Source of the DNA: a virus
IMG/VR virus record: IMGVR_UViG_3300009285_007322
Length of the DNA: 64,000 bases
Reading direction: 5' to 3' (one strand)
The stretch's first letter is position 1, and each line of letters starts with the position of its first letter. This document shows, one piece after another, positions 14,913-24,304 of this stretch. The position numbers and the translations under genes are program-made. The notes beneath the pieces are model-generated. The model worked only from the letters and a program-made list of their open reading frames with translations. It was not told where the DNA came from and made no database searches.

Positions 14913-16649
14913 CTATACATTGACTCCAAACCCCAACTTCGGCTGTTCGGTATTCCTGTGCTCAGTATCCGGAGAACTGGCATGCTTGGCATTGGCTGCC
15001 GCCCAGTCCCGCAGATACTTCAAATCCGCGGCTCTTGCCTGCGACAGCGGAACAGTCTCGTTCAGTGCATCCAGCAGCATGGACTGCGTAAGCACTAAGG
15101 ATTCTCCAGGCCTGTACGCGGTGTACATGGCTTCCTGAACCACTGCTTCGATCTCGGCACCTGAATACCCGTTACTTTTGTCTGCAAGCACATCCAGGTC
15201 CCCGACGTTGGCAGTCTGTTCCACAAGATCCAGGTGGATCGTCCAAATGACTTTCCTTTCGACGAAATTAGGCAAGTCAACAAACACGACGGCATCCCAT
15301 CGTCCTAATCTAGTCATTTCAGGAGGAAGTTCAAGAATACTGTTTGCTGTGGCTATGACAAACACATCAGACTTCTTATCGGCCATCCATGTGAGCAATG
15401 TACCGCGAAGTCGATCCGATGTACCGCCATCTGTTTTGCTATTACTTCCGATACCGGACATGCTTTTATCTAGCTCATCCAGCATCAAAACGCATGGAGC
15501 ACTTGCCTCTGCAACAGACAGTGCATTCTTCATATTACGCTCACTGCTGCCGAGAAGCGAGTTGAACAGTGACCCAATGTCCAGACGAATCAGAGGAACC
15601 CCGAACATCTTTGCCGCCATCTTGGCGCACATGGATTTGGCTGTGCCTGGCGGACCTACCAGAAGCACTCCCTTCGGCGGAGCCAGCTTCGTTGACCTGG
15701 CATGCTCACTGAACCCCGCAGCTCTGAACCGAAGCCAGGCCTTCAGCCTGTCCAGTCCTCCGATACGGGACTCGTCTGGAAGATCCTTGATCAGCGACAT
15801 GTAGCCGGCCTTGTTCAGCAGCGCCGCCTTGTCGTTGGACAACGCTCCCAGATCGATGAGCAGTCTTCCCTCGGTTCTGCGTGTGTGACGCATGCCCGCC
15901 TCGATGTGCATCATCAACAGATTGAGCGCCAGCTGGACATGCAGACCGGCCAATGCCTTTCCGCACTCCGCCGAAGCTTCCGCCAAAGGCATACACCTTG
16001 AAGAACCCTCATCGTTGTCGACCAGTTCCATCTCTGTGGAACCGGCGGCCGACATGGTCTGAGCCAGTCGGTCATTGATCGTACGGCTCAGCTCCAGCAC
16101 AGACGGATGACCGGCAGACACCACTGGCATGCATGCCCTGAGGAACTGGTTGTCAATGGGATCGGCAGTAACCAGCAGAACTGTCGCCGGAATCTCCTGG
16201 CTGCAGTGCTGGAGAAGTGCACGACACAGCCTCGGATCGTCTTTCAGGCTGGTGTCCCGCAACACCAGCATGACCATCGTTGATCCAATGGATGCTTCCT
16301 TCAGCCTGGAAACCAGCGTTCCCAGATGCCCCACGGCCTGGAACGGAGCCGCCTGCTTGGTCACTCCTATATACCAGGAAGCCTCTTTGATCACGGAAGC
16401 GGACAGGCACTTATCGGACTTGGGTGCCAGGCTGATGCCGGTCAGGTCCATGTTGATCACCAGTACCGGTTCGGACTTGGTTGTCGGAGCGTGGGCGGCT
16501 CCTATGAAATCTATTGGAGACGCTCCCCACTGAACGAGTCCCATAGGGAGCATCAGATCTATGATGCGTTCGGACTCGAGCACAAGGTTTACGGCGGGAA
16601 CCCTGGCCCGCAGGCACTGCACAAGCTCGTTGTAGGTGGATGCGTACAC
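14913..16649 (-). CDS. AAA+ ATPase, Ycf46-like (degenerate N-terminal domain plus intact C-terminal AAA domain)
   Basis: IGGLDRLKAWL..PKGVLLVGPPGTAKSMCAK (Walker A); LMLDELDK (Walker B); ATAN..LPPEMTRLGRWD..FVDLP (second region of homology); ETVPLS. Confidence 0.88.
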   Translation of the reverse strand: MYASTYNELVQCLRARVPAVNLVLESERIIDLMLPMGLVQWGASPIDFIGAAHAPTTKSEPVLVINMDLTGISLAPKSDKCLSASVIKEASWYIGVTKQAAPFQAVGHLGTLVSRLKEASIGSTMVMLVLRDTSLKDDPRLCRALLQHCSQEIPATVLLVTADPIDNQFLRACMPVVSAGHPSVLELSRTINDRLAQTMSAAGSTEMELVDNDEGSSRCMPLAEASAECGKALAGLHVQLALNLLMMHIEAGMRHTRRTEGRLLIDLGALSNDKAALLNKAGYMSLIKDLPDESRIGGLDRLKAWLRFRAAGFSEHARSTKLAPPKGVLLVGPPGTAKSMCAKMAAKMFGVPLIRLDIGSLFNSLLGSSERNMKNALSVAEASAPCVLMLDELDKSMSGIGSNSKTDGGTSDRLRGTLLTWMADKKSDVFVIATANSILELPPEMTRLGRWDAVVFVDLPNFVERKVIWTIHLDLVEQTANVGDLDVLADKSNGYSGAEIEAVVQEAMYTAYRPGESLVLTQSMLLDALNETVPLSQARAADLKYLRDWAAANAKHASSPDTEHRNTEQPKLGFGVNV

Positions 16650-16661
16650 TCTGCAGATCTC

Positions 16662-16958
16662 CTAGTTCATCGACGGTATTTGTGCTTCCGCAGACTGCTC
16701 GAGTTCCGAATATGACGGCATAGAAAGGGCAGACGGACGCAGACCCAGACATTCATCCACGGCCTCAGTCAGACTGGCCAAACACAGTTCCCAGGAGCTG
16801 CCCTTGCCGAATCCGGCAACATCGATATATACTGTTGGACAGGGTTTACCTTCCGTCCATCCTGCAACTTCGCATTTAACGGACCAGCCATGGCTGTCCG
16901 GACGTTCGAAACGTGCAACTTGAGCCTTAACGGCTTCCACTGCTTCCTGCATGGTCAT
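16662..16958 (-). CDS. Hypothetical protein (98 aa)
   Basis: GGAGG RBS; ATGA overlap with the upstream ORF. Confidence 0.7.
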   Translation of the reverse strand: MTMQEAVEAVKAQVARFERPDSHGWSVKCEVAGWTEGKPCPTVYIDVAGFGKGSSWELCLASLTEAVDECLGLRPSALSMPSYSELEQSAEAQIPSMN

Positions 16959-17233
16959 TTCTGTACCTCCTGCGGTTTGAACAAACTTGGTTCGAACTCT
17001 TGTTGACAATACCGGCAGCGAGCACACCCGTAATCCTTTAAACCGAACGCGTGCGGATGGTCGGCATATCCAACACCTTTAAGCCCGCACGCCGGACACA
17101 GCACACGCCCTGATCGCAGTTTCACCAGTTCCATTTGTTCCTCACACACATCCAGGTACATGCTGAACGTTCCGTCCGGCTGGGCAACAACGGGACCTTG
17201 CAGAATATGCATAATCCCTGTCTGTCGAATCAT
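16955..17233 (-). CDS. Zn-ribbon protein (92 aa)
   Basis: CPAC..CRYC; coupled overlaps on both sides. Confidence 0.65.
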   Translation of the reverse strand: MIRQTGIMHILQGPVVAQPDGTFSMYLDVCEEQMELVKLRSGRVLCPACGLKGVGYADHPHAFGLKDYGCARCRYCQQEFEPSLFKPQEVQK

Positions 17234-17580
17234 CCAAGCAGCTCCAGTAGATTGTCACGTTCCCACTCCAGACACTCGTCTCTGCGCATGTGTGAGAAAA
17301 GAACACGCCCGGACCGGGCGGACTGGACAGTCCACACGCTCCGGGCGGAATCGAATTCCACATTGCTTAGACGCTCGACGCTATCCGGCTTCACCCCGAT
17401 CGCGTCCACCAGGTTGTCGCTGTGCAGGAAGGACACTCCTCCGTGCATCTTATCAATCAGTACGGTTACCCTACCTGAGCGCAGACTCCGGTTCCCACCG
17501 TCTGGTGGAACTCGTCCTTGCGTTTCAGCGGCGACTGCGCCAGCATCTGCGAGCGCAGTTTCCTTGTCGCTTCCAGACAT
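17230..17580 (-). CDS. Small conserved hypothetical protein of the DUF1257/DUF2997 neighbourhood (start uncertain)
   Basis: VLID..GGVSFLHSD..ERLSNVEFD..W..RRDECLEWERD resembles a recalled family (RASxVEP..W..RxxALxxE) found next to this module. Confidence 0.6.
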   Translation of the reverse strand: MSGSDKETALADAGAVAAETQGRVPPDGGNRSLRSGRVTVLIDKMHGGVSFLHSDNLVDAIGVKPDSVERLSNVEFDSARSVWTVQSARSGRVLFSHMRRDECLEWERDNLLELLG

Positions 17581-17675
17581 TGCGTCCCCTTGGCTCCGTC
17601 TACTTCAAGTTCGACAGGCTCGTTCAGGGTCTTGGGAATGCGAATAGATATCTTCACGGGTAAGTCTCCACACAT
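17466..17675 (-). CDS. DUF2997-like protein (69 aa)
   Basis: KISIRI..VELEVDGAKGTQCLEAT matches the VxxxVxGxxGxxCxxxT pattern. Confidence 0.7.
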   Translation of the reverse strand: MCGDLPVKISIRIPKTLNEPVELEVDGAKGTQCLEATRKLRSQMLAQSPLKRKDEFHQTVGTGVCAQVG

Positions 17676-17756
17676 ACAGTTCCGTCCGCCAGTCCGCGCT
17701 TCAGCCAGCCAAGCGTGCCTACCTTGTACCCGCATGCCGGAATGGCTATCGACAGG

Positions 17757-18185
17757 CTATGCATACAGAGTCACCACGATTTCGTCATCCGTTTCATGCC
17801 TGGAAATCACAGGGTATCCCTGGGACTGTTCAGCAAGCAGCGCGGAGTAGTACTCGGCATTCAGCCGACACAGATTCTTTCCAAATACCGTCTGCACCTC
17901 TCCGTTCCAGGTATCGAACGACGGCTGATACACCGATGTCACCGCCGGCACTTCGATAGCTGTTTCGCTATGATCCCGCACCATGGATACATCTGACGAC
18001 GGCGCTACAAGCTGGAAAATCAGATCATATTGTCCCAGCTTCGCCACAATGTCCCCCTTGGCGGTCCTGCCTCCCCAGTAGCGCCCATCCGCGCTCTCCT
18101 CCACAATGGGCGTGAATCGCAGCAGAGCCGCGATCAGCAGATCCTTTCGCGTATACACGTTCCTGATTCTAGTCAAATGGCTCAT
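17757..18185 (-). CDS. DUF1257 (Ycf35-like) protein
   Basis: MSHLTRI..LLIAAL..LNAEYY..QGYPV..VVTL pattern; gene context with DUF2997 and AAA. Confidence 0.7.
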   Translation of the reverse strand: MSHLTRIRNVYTRKDLLIAALLRFTPIVEESADGRYWGGRTAKGDIVAKLGQYDLIFQLVAPSSDVSMVRDHSETAIEVPAVTSVYQPSFDTWNGEVQTVFGKNLCRLNAEYYSALLAEQSQGYPVISRHETDDEIVVTLYA

Positions 18186-18373
18186 GTTTTATTCTCCCTG
18201 CCTTGGTTATTCAGCCAGGCCACAAACTGCCGGTCCCAGTCACTCAGCGTCATCCTGGTAGGATACTCCTGCGGTCGCTGCCGCTGTTCCGATTCCCAGT
18301 ACTCCAGGAACGTTTCCACATCTCTGGAGAAGTTCTCGGCCCAATACCTGCAGCTGAATTCCTGATCCGTCAA
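18182..18373 (-). CDS. Hypothetical protein (63 aa)
   Basis: Overlaps on both sides. Confidence 0.6.
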   Translation of the reverse strand: MTDQEFSCRYWAENFSRDVETFLEYWESEQRQRPQEYPTRMTLSDWDRQFVAWLNNQGRENKT

Positions 18374-19416
18374 ACAGACAGTCCGCCGGTTTCAATCTCG
18401 AGGTTCAGCGGCACGGGTGTGCCGACAACAGCCGCTACCCGATCTGCAGCTCCATCGTCGTACGCGATACTCAATTCCGCTTCAATCCTGTCAGCCGTAT
18501 CGCCGATGCAGTCGCTCACCGAGCGTATGATCTCGTTGTCGTGAATGCCTGCAGGCACAGTACTGTCAAGCTTCCCTCCGAACGATTCCTGCAGTTGTGT
18601 GATCCAGCCGTTGATGGTCGAGTCGTTGGCAAAATTGAGTACCGACATGTTCTCTACGAATTCGCGTACACGGGCCACCGTGCGCTTATTGATTGGTTTG
18701 CCGTTCTCCACCACGACACGCATGGAAGCATAGAACTCCTGCAATCTGCGTACGAGCTCCATACGGCAGCCTGTCACGAATGTGTCGGAAAACTGACGAG
18801 CCTTGTCGACTGCCCTGGACCGCATCTCAGACCAGGCTTCCGCGGCTGCGGCCGCTTCGACATCGTCCAGGCCGGTCAGTCCAGGAGTGTCTGGAGTCTT
18901 CAGTTCAAGCCAGCTGACATCCATGCTGAACGCATTCAACGGCGGAGCCCTGTTCGGAAACTTCAGCAGTACACGGTCGAGCAGCTTCTTCCTGATCTCT
19001 TCGGAAAACCCAGTCTGCCTATCCACAGTCTGCTGCCAGGCTGTACGCATTTCCGACACCGTCCGGTCGAAACCGGACACAAACGACACAGCTGCGCCGG
19101 AAAACTCCTCCTGCCTTACGCGCAGAACCTGCATCAAAGAGGAAAGGCCCTTGACCGGACAGAATCGAAGTCCTACTCCATGTGCCAGCGACAAGGTCTT
19201 GTTTGAAAAGGCTGCACGCGCCTTTTGCTCAATACTCGATATCGGCTTCAGCGCGTCAGCCAGCATAGCGATGGACGGTGCCCGGAACACCGCTCTGTCC
19301 ATCGAGCTGTTCAGATCGAAACCCAGCAGGCCGGGATCCAGCCTGTCCCGGTATCTCGGGTACGAAACGTGCAAAGCACAGCATACGCCATGCTTGGAAA
19401 GAATCTCAAGCCCCAT
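18370..19416 (-). CDS. DUF3150-like protein
   Basis: IEQKARAAFSNKTL..GLRFCP, then long helical regions; size and position upstream of DUF1257/DUF2997/AAA. Family recalled, not searched. Confidence 0.55.
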   Translation of the reverse strand: MGLEILSKHGVCCALHVSYPRYRDRLDPGLLGFDLNSSMDRAVFRAPSIAMLADALKPISSIEQKARAAFSNKTLSLAHGVGLRFCPVKGLSSLMQVLRVRQEEFSGAAVSFVSGFDRTVSEMRTAWQQTVDRQTGFSEEIRKKLLDRVLLKFPNRAPPLNAFSMDVSWLELKTPDTPGLTGLDDVEAAAAAEAWSEMRSRAVDKARQFSDTFVTGCRMELVRRLQEFYASMRVVVENGKPINKRTVARVREFVENMSVLNFANDSTINGWITQLQESFGGKLDSTVPAGIHDNEIIRSVSDCIGDTADRIEAELSIAYDDGAADRVAAVVGTPVPLNLEIETGGLSV

Positions 19417-19831
19417 GCGCGATTGCCTTTCTGTTCTTTCTGGCCTGCCTTGCTACCCACGTCCTATTGGCAATGAAGGCTCCATGTACGCGGGACATGA
19501 CAACTATTTCTGTTTCCGGAACCACCGGAGCCTGCCCGGCGTAGCACGACATTGGACTGGTGTTCTGTCCGCCGTGTTCTCTGGCGCACCTGCACAACGC
19601 ATCGCTGAACCGAATATCCGTGTGCAGTGCCAGTCCATCAAACTTCTGGTCTTTCAGCGTGTACCGCCAGGCTCCCAGCCACATCGAGCCATTGCCCGAA
19701 GGACGGAAGCTGACAAGGATGTCACGGGACGAGGCCGTCAGGACCAGCGGCCCAGAGCTGGTTGAAAATCGCTGCGTCTCCCTGTGCATCAGTCCGACGG
19801 ATGTATCGTCTGTAGTTGTCATTATTTGCAT
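19406..19831 (-). CDS. Hypothetical protein
   Basis: ORF in the operon direction. Confidence 0.6.
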   Translation of the reverse strand: MQIMTTTDDTSVGLMHRETQRFSTSSGPLVLTASSRDILVSFRPSGNGSMWLGAWRYTLKDQKFDGLALHTDIRFSDALCRCAREHGGQNTSPMSCYAGQAPVVPETEIVVMSRVHGAFIANRTWVARQARKNRKAIAHGA

Positions 19832-19925
19832 TGTGTTTGTCTACGTAATCCTGAAGTAAATCACGGTACCGAGCCAACCTGCGCTCAATCCAGGGACGCT
19901 GGTTCTTTGCGAACCTGGGGCGGGC

Positions 19926-20441
19926 TTAGAACTCAAGAGATACGCTCGCTTTTGCCGGCAGGAGTTTCAAGTACGAACTTGGGAAGTTCTCGATCTCTGG
20001 ACATTCCCTAAGCCTTCTGCATTCTGACATCGGGTCTCCGTGCCGAACCACCCTATACAGCCGTCCTTCCAGCACACGTATATCATGCTGGCACACAGGT
20101 TGCTCCGGATCAACAGCCTCGGACGAGTACAGGCTGTCCGGAGATGCGGTAAGAGGACAATCGAAACCCTCCAGATCCAGATCAGACATTGACAGGAACA
20201 AGCGGGAATTGTCCGAGAATCGAAGCGAAAGACATCGGGACATCAAATCTTCGATCTGCCCCGTATACCGCTGACCGGCCAGTACGATTGAAGCCGTAGA
20301 ACTTGTACGCACCTTCCTCGCCACGACTGGGTCCGGAGCCTGAGCCAGCGCACACATCCGTGCACGCAACGCGGCAGAAAGAGCCAGACAGTCTTTGCGT
20401 GTAAGCTTACCTACTGCCGCTGTCAGTTCAGACAGGGACAT
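19926..20441 (-). CDS. Hypothetical protein (171 aa)
   Basis: ATG at 20441 with GGAGG upstream. Confidence 0.65.
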   Translation of the reverse strand: MSLSELTAAVGKLTRKDCLALSAALRARMCALAQAPDPVVARKVRTSSTASIVLAGQRYTGQIEDLMSRCLSLRFSDNSRLFLSMSDLDLEGFDCPLTASPDSLYSSEAVDPEQPVCQHDIRVLEGRLYRVVRHGDPMSECRRLRECPEIENFPSSYLKLLPAKASVSLEF

Positions 20442-20724
20442 TCCTTGCCTCCAAATCTGACGCGAACAACCACGTCTGCCGACGCTCACATCTGTCCCAG
20501 TACGCCACCAGGTACTGTTTACCCAGACCATCCATCATCTGGGCTATAGCTGTTCCAGGACGCTCGATCTCTGTGATCCACACACGGGCTCCCAGTTCGA
20601 AGTCGAAGTGTACGATGCGTGTCGGAATACACAATATCGAACCATCATTCAACTCTACATGAGCATCGTCTGTGCCGGTTCCAATACCAGCTTTATGGAC
20701 GGAGGGGATTTGGTGTACTGGCAC
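20428..20724 (-). CDS. Hypothetical phage protein
   Basis: ELGARVWITEIERPG..QYLVAYW..WL..DL, an SH3-like phage pattern. Confidence 0.55.
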   Translation of the reverse strand: MPVHQIPSVHKAGIGTGTDDAHVELNDGSILCIPTRIVHFDFELGARVWITEIERPGTAIAQMMDGLGKQYLVAYWDRCERRQTWLFASDLEARNVPV

Positions 20725-21563
20725 CAGTGATGCACCTTTCTAAGGTAGTGCTCGTCGTTCATTCCCAGTTCCTTCATCTTTTCCAGCAACCGGTTGGTTG
20801 CGGCTGCAACTTTCTGCGCCTTGTTTGTCTCACTCTTGAAACTGGGACGCAGAACCTGCAGTCCGACTATTCTGCGCATGGATGCCCAGAACGCATCGTA
20901 CCGCAGCAGATCGTACTTGCAGCCTGGAACTCCTCCCGGCGAATACCGTCTGGAAACAAATGACAATAGGCTTTCAGTCATGTCCGGGTATACAGCTACG
21001 TTGCCTGCGTGGCATTCCCGCAGCTGCTCTTCCAGCACCAGCTCCAGACACTCATATACCCTGGAATCGGGAAAGTCTCCGAGCAGCCCTGCCGGACGCA
21101 GAGTAGCCAGCAATTGGGCTTTGAGCGAGTCGACGGGTCCCGTCCACCAAAGATTGCCTGGAGATACGGCCTCGGAAGATGATCCCGAAGGGTACGCCAT
21201 TTCGGTATAGGCCTTCAGGATCTCCGGATGATGGAAATGATGGACGGCCCTGTGAGGACCGTCCCTGTGTGCATTGTGCTGTATGCGCTCCAACGGGGAC
21301 ACCGGGTTTTCGGACCCAGCGTCGTATACCAGTTCCAGCAGTCCGGAGAGGGTACTTCTGGATGCAGGGAAAGCATCTGACCATAGGGGACTGCCGGTCC
21401 TGAGATGTCTCTGGAATGGACCGGCAGCCCCGGCAGCCAGATCGGCGTTCACCGCTAGAAACGCGGCGAGCGTCGCATCCCCTACAGCCTCGGCGACTGT
21501 GGGAAAATACGGCAACCGCCCGTTGGCTATGCGGTAGTACGCCCAACCTGCCATTGGACTCAA
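20655..21563 (-). CDS. Hypothetical protein (302 aa)
   Basis: Long ORF; 4 nt overlap with the upstream gene. Confidence 0.75.
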   Translation of the reverse strand: MSPMAGWAYYRIANGRLPYFPTVAEAVGDATLAAFLAVNADLAAGAAGPFQRHLRTGSPLWSDAFPASRSTLSGLLELVYDAGSENPVSPLERIQHNAHRDGPHRAVHHFHHPEILKAYTEMAYPSGSSSEAVSPGNLWWTGPVDSLKAQLLATLRPAGLLGDFPDSRVYECLELVLEEQLRECHAGNVAVYPDMTESLLSFVSRRYSPGGVPGCKYDLLRYDAFWASMRRIVGLQVLRPSFKSETNKAQKVAAATNRLLEKMKELGMNDEHYLRKVHHWCQYTKSPPSIKLVLEPAQTMLM

Positions 21564-22909
21564 CCTATCTTATGGATCTGGAGAGCAGCACAGACCGCTT
21601 CTGTCACTTTGCGCTGGAGTTCCTCAGGATCTATCGGAGGTTCGGCGGGCTGAGAGCATAAAGCCTGCATCTCAAAGAACATAGCGTCACGAAGGGTACG
21701 TGCCGCATCCTCCGCCGCGGAGATGAACTTTCCGACCATAGTTACAGTTCCTGGAAGATCGGCCCGCAGTTTGTCCTTCAAATCATCCACGGGGGGAAGC
21801 ACGGTCCAGTGTCGTTCTGTAAGACGTTCCGCCGCTTCGGCATCTAAGGTCTCAGAGCTGCGCCGGGGACGCTTCTCCTTGCCATTGCCGCTATCTGTGA
21901 TTCCGGCGGCGGCCGTGGGGGCAGCGGCTGAGGGGGCTGCAACCGGAATCTCCTTAGCGGCTTCTTCTTCCGATACCGGAGATGCCGCAGCAACTGGCTG
22001 TGCAGTTTCCGCTGTTTCCGGCACTGCCGGCACCGAAGCGGACTTGTCCACGAAGTCAACCGAGGAAGGTTCCTGTGCCGGAACCGGCGGAACCACAATG
22101 GACATAGTTTTTGCGGCTGCTTTGCGTGCGGCCACTGCCTGCGCAACCGGCCGATCGGCCGGAGGACGGAGAGGAGCAGGAGGAGTAGGGGGAACAGGCG
22201 TCGGTGGGGCACTGGGGGCCTCCACCGACAGATGCGAAGGTTCAGTCTTTGCGCCCACGGACGCGGCTGGTTTGATAGCCATAGCTTCTTCCTTTGTTCT
22301 GAATTTATCGCCTACGTATGATTGCATCGGATTGCTGCCCCCGCGGGACAGTGACGTCAGCGCTTCACAGAACATGTATCGGTTTGCGGGATCGGGCAAG
22401 TCTGCCAGAACTCTGCCGGGAACTTTCAGGGTACATTGTGCCCACCGTTCCCGGTCGAATGTGCAGGTCTCGAACCTGTCATCCTTGAACTTGAGCGGAG
22501 ATGGCGGAAGCTGCAGCGTTTTGATGCGCGTCAACTGCAGCACGCCTATCGGATCGCACGATCCCTCCGCAGACTTGATGCAACAGATGCCAGTTACAAA
22601 CCCATCAGCTTCGCTGATGTCAATTGAAAACGATCCACCGTGCTGGTCGTACACCAGTTGCAGCACACGTGCCAGCTCTGCCCTGTTATCTATCTTCCAC
22701 GTGGCCTGTGCCGGGGAAGACGCGAATCCAAGATCGTAATCCACCAGAAGCGGAATGGCTTCTGAACATGAAGATACGGTTCTGGACGTCTCTGTAATCA
22801 TGCTGGCCCGACTACCGTGGACGTACAGGTACACACACCACGTGTCATCCTGCGCGGCCACATTGGCGTTCCGGGCCAGCAGGTCGTACACCGAGCAGTT
22901 GAACGTCAT
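21560..22909 (-). CDS. Hypothetical protein with Pro/Ala-rich linker (449 aa)
   Basis: Long ORF with coupled overlaps. Confidence 0.8.
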   Translation of the reverse strand: MTFNCSVYDLLARNANVAAQDDTWCVYLYVHGSRASMITETSRTVSSCSEAIPLLVDYDLGFASSPAQATWKIDNRAELARVLQLVYDQHGGSFSIDISEADGFVTGICCIKSAEGSCDPIGVLQLTRIKTLQLPPSPLKFKDDRFETCTFDRERWAQCTLKVPGRVLADLPDPANRYMFCEALTSLSRGGSNPMQSYVGDKFRTKEEAMAIKPAASVGAKTEPSHLSVEAPSAPPTPVPPTPPAPLRPPADRPVAQAVAARKAAAKTMSIVVPPVPAQEPSSVDFVDKSASVPAVPETAETAQPVAAASPVSEEEAAKEIPVAAPSAAAPTAAAGITDSGNGKEKRPRRSSETLDAEAAERLTERHWTVLPPVDDLKDKLRADLPGTVTMVGKFISAAEDAARTLRDAMFFEMQALCSQPAEPPIDPEELQRKVTEAVCAALQIHKIG

Positions 22910-23613
22910 CTGCTTTTGGCTTTCAGGTTCACCGCCAGGCCAACCTCAGGGTACAGCGAGGTAGCATACGGCAGCTTGATAGGATTGACTCCCTGTTTCC
23001 AATGTGATACCTTGTTCCACATCCATGCGATCCTGGCTGTTTTCTGCAAAGGAGGGCACGGAGATGAAACAGGAAGACCCCACTTGGTCATCACAGGCTT
23101 GTACCCCGTCCCGCGCTGGCCATTGGTGAGTTCCGTCACTGCGGACATCAGTTCCTGTACCGTTCCGATGTCCGGAGAGATTCCGTTGGTCTCGGACAGG
23201 CACCAGGCCAGCCGACAGATGTCCAGCCATTCGAACGCTTCCAAAGCTCCCGGCACAAGTGTGCCGAGAAACCGGGCCTGGAATTCCGGATTGTATGTGA
23301 CCAGTAACGGAGTCATGTTGCGTTTTGCGATTTCTTCCAGAAGCAGGTCAAAGATACGGACGAATGTCTCTTGTGGTACTCCGGCCAGTTCCCGGTATTC
23401 GTTTTCCGTCATGGCCAGGAACTTGGCAGCGGTAGCTACCTTATCATCCGGAACGCTCCAGATATTGCTTAGCAGAACCGGCGTACTCACTGCAGGAGGA
23501 CGCATGCACACAGCAGACACCACGTCATCCGATCCTACGCCCGTGGTCTCCACGTTGATGAACACGGGGAAGCACCCCGAAAGCACTTGCTGCCAGGCTG
23601 TTATCTCATTCAC
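22906..23613 (-). CDS. DnaQ/DEDDh exonuclease-fold protein, apparently inactive
   Basis: VFINVETTG (ExoI DxETTG with D to N); LVTYNPEFQARFL (ExoII HNxxFD with D to Q); WLDICRLA. Confidence 0.6.
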   Translation of the reverse strand: MNEITAWQQVLSGCFPVFINVETTGVGSDDVVSAVCMRPPAVSTPVLLSNIWSVPDDKVATAAKFLAMTENEYRELAGVPQETFVRIFDLLLEEIAKRNMTPLLVTYNPEFQARFLGTLVPGALEAFEWLDICRLAWCLSETNGISPDIGTVQELMSAVTELTNGQRGTGYKPVMTKWGLPVSSPCPPLQKTARIAWMWNKVSHWKQGVNPIKLPYATSLYPEVGLAVNLKAKSR

Positions 23614-24304
23614 TGACGGCTACCTCGTATCCGTGTTGCAGGTTATCCAGATTGGAAGATATGTACCAATGCCCAAGATCTCCCGGATCCACACACCATA
23701 CCCCTTGTCCGTACCACCAGTTTGCATCCCTGAGTACGAATCCACCATACTCCTCTGCCGGAGGAGACTTGGTAGAATCCAATTCCGGACGCACATACAC
23801 ATGCGCCGACCGTTTCGACGACAGCAAAAACCGGGGGATGTACGCCGGATAGATGTTCTCTATCTTTCCTCCAGCCGCCTCGTACGATTCCATGCAGGTC
23901 TCACATATCTCGAGCGAATGTGCCGCCTGCCTGTCCTGGACGTCTAACGGATTTTCTCCGGAAAGCTCGACAGATATATCAATCCGGGAAGCATCTTCAG
24001 TTCGGTACAGGTCCTCCGAATGCGCATGTCTGCCTTTACGAGCGCCGCTGCGGATCACCAGCACGGGATCGTCTGCAAACATAAGTTTGTGGAGTTCATC
24101 TCCGGACGACGATGCCTTCGAAACAGCTGTCGGACGGTACGGCGGAATCTCCCTGTACAGCCACCGACCTTTGCCCCTGGCTCGGAAAGCCCTCAGCCGC
24201 ACAAGATCTGCCCGTACACTGGCATGTTCACTATCCAGCAGCTTACCTGCCCAGCAGTACAGCCAGTGTCCCGGATCAAGGCGTCTCAGATGGTCTATCA
24301 GCAT
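23606..24304 (-). CDS. Hypothetical protein (232 aa)
   Basis: ORF in the operon direction. Confidence 0.7.
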   Translation of the reverse strand: MLIDHLRRLDPGHWLYCWAGKLLDSEHASVRADLVRLRAFRARGKGRWLYREIPPYRPTAVSKASSSGDELHKLMFADDPVLVIRSGARKGRHAHSEDLYRTEDASRIDISVELSGENPLDVQDRQAAHSLEICETCMESYEAAGGKIENIYPAYIPRFLLSSKRSAHVYVRPELDSTKSPPAEEYGGFVLRDANWWYGQGVWCVDPGDLGHWYISSNLDNLQHGYEVAVSE

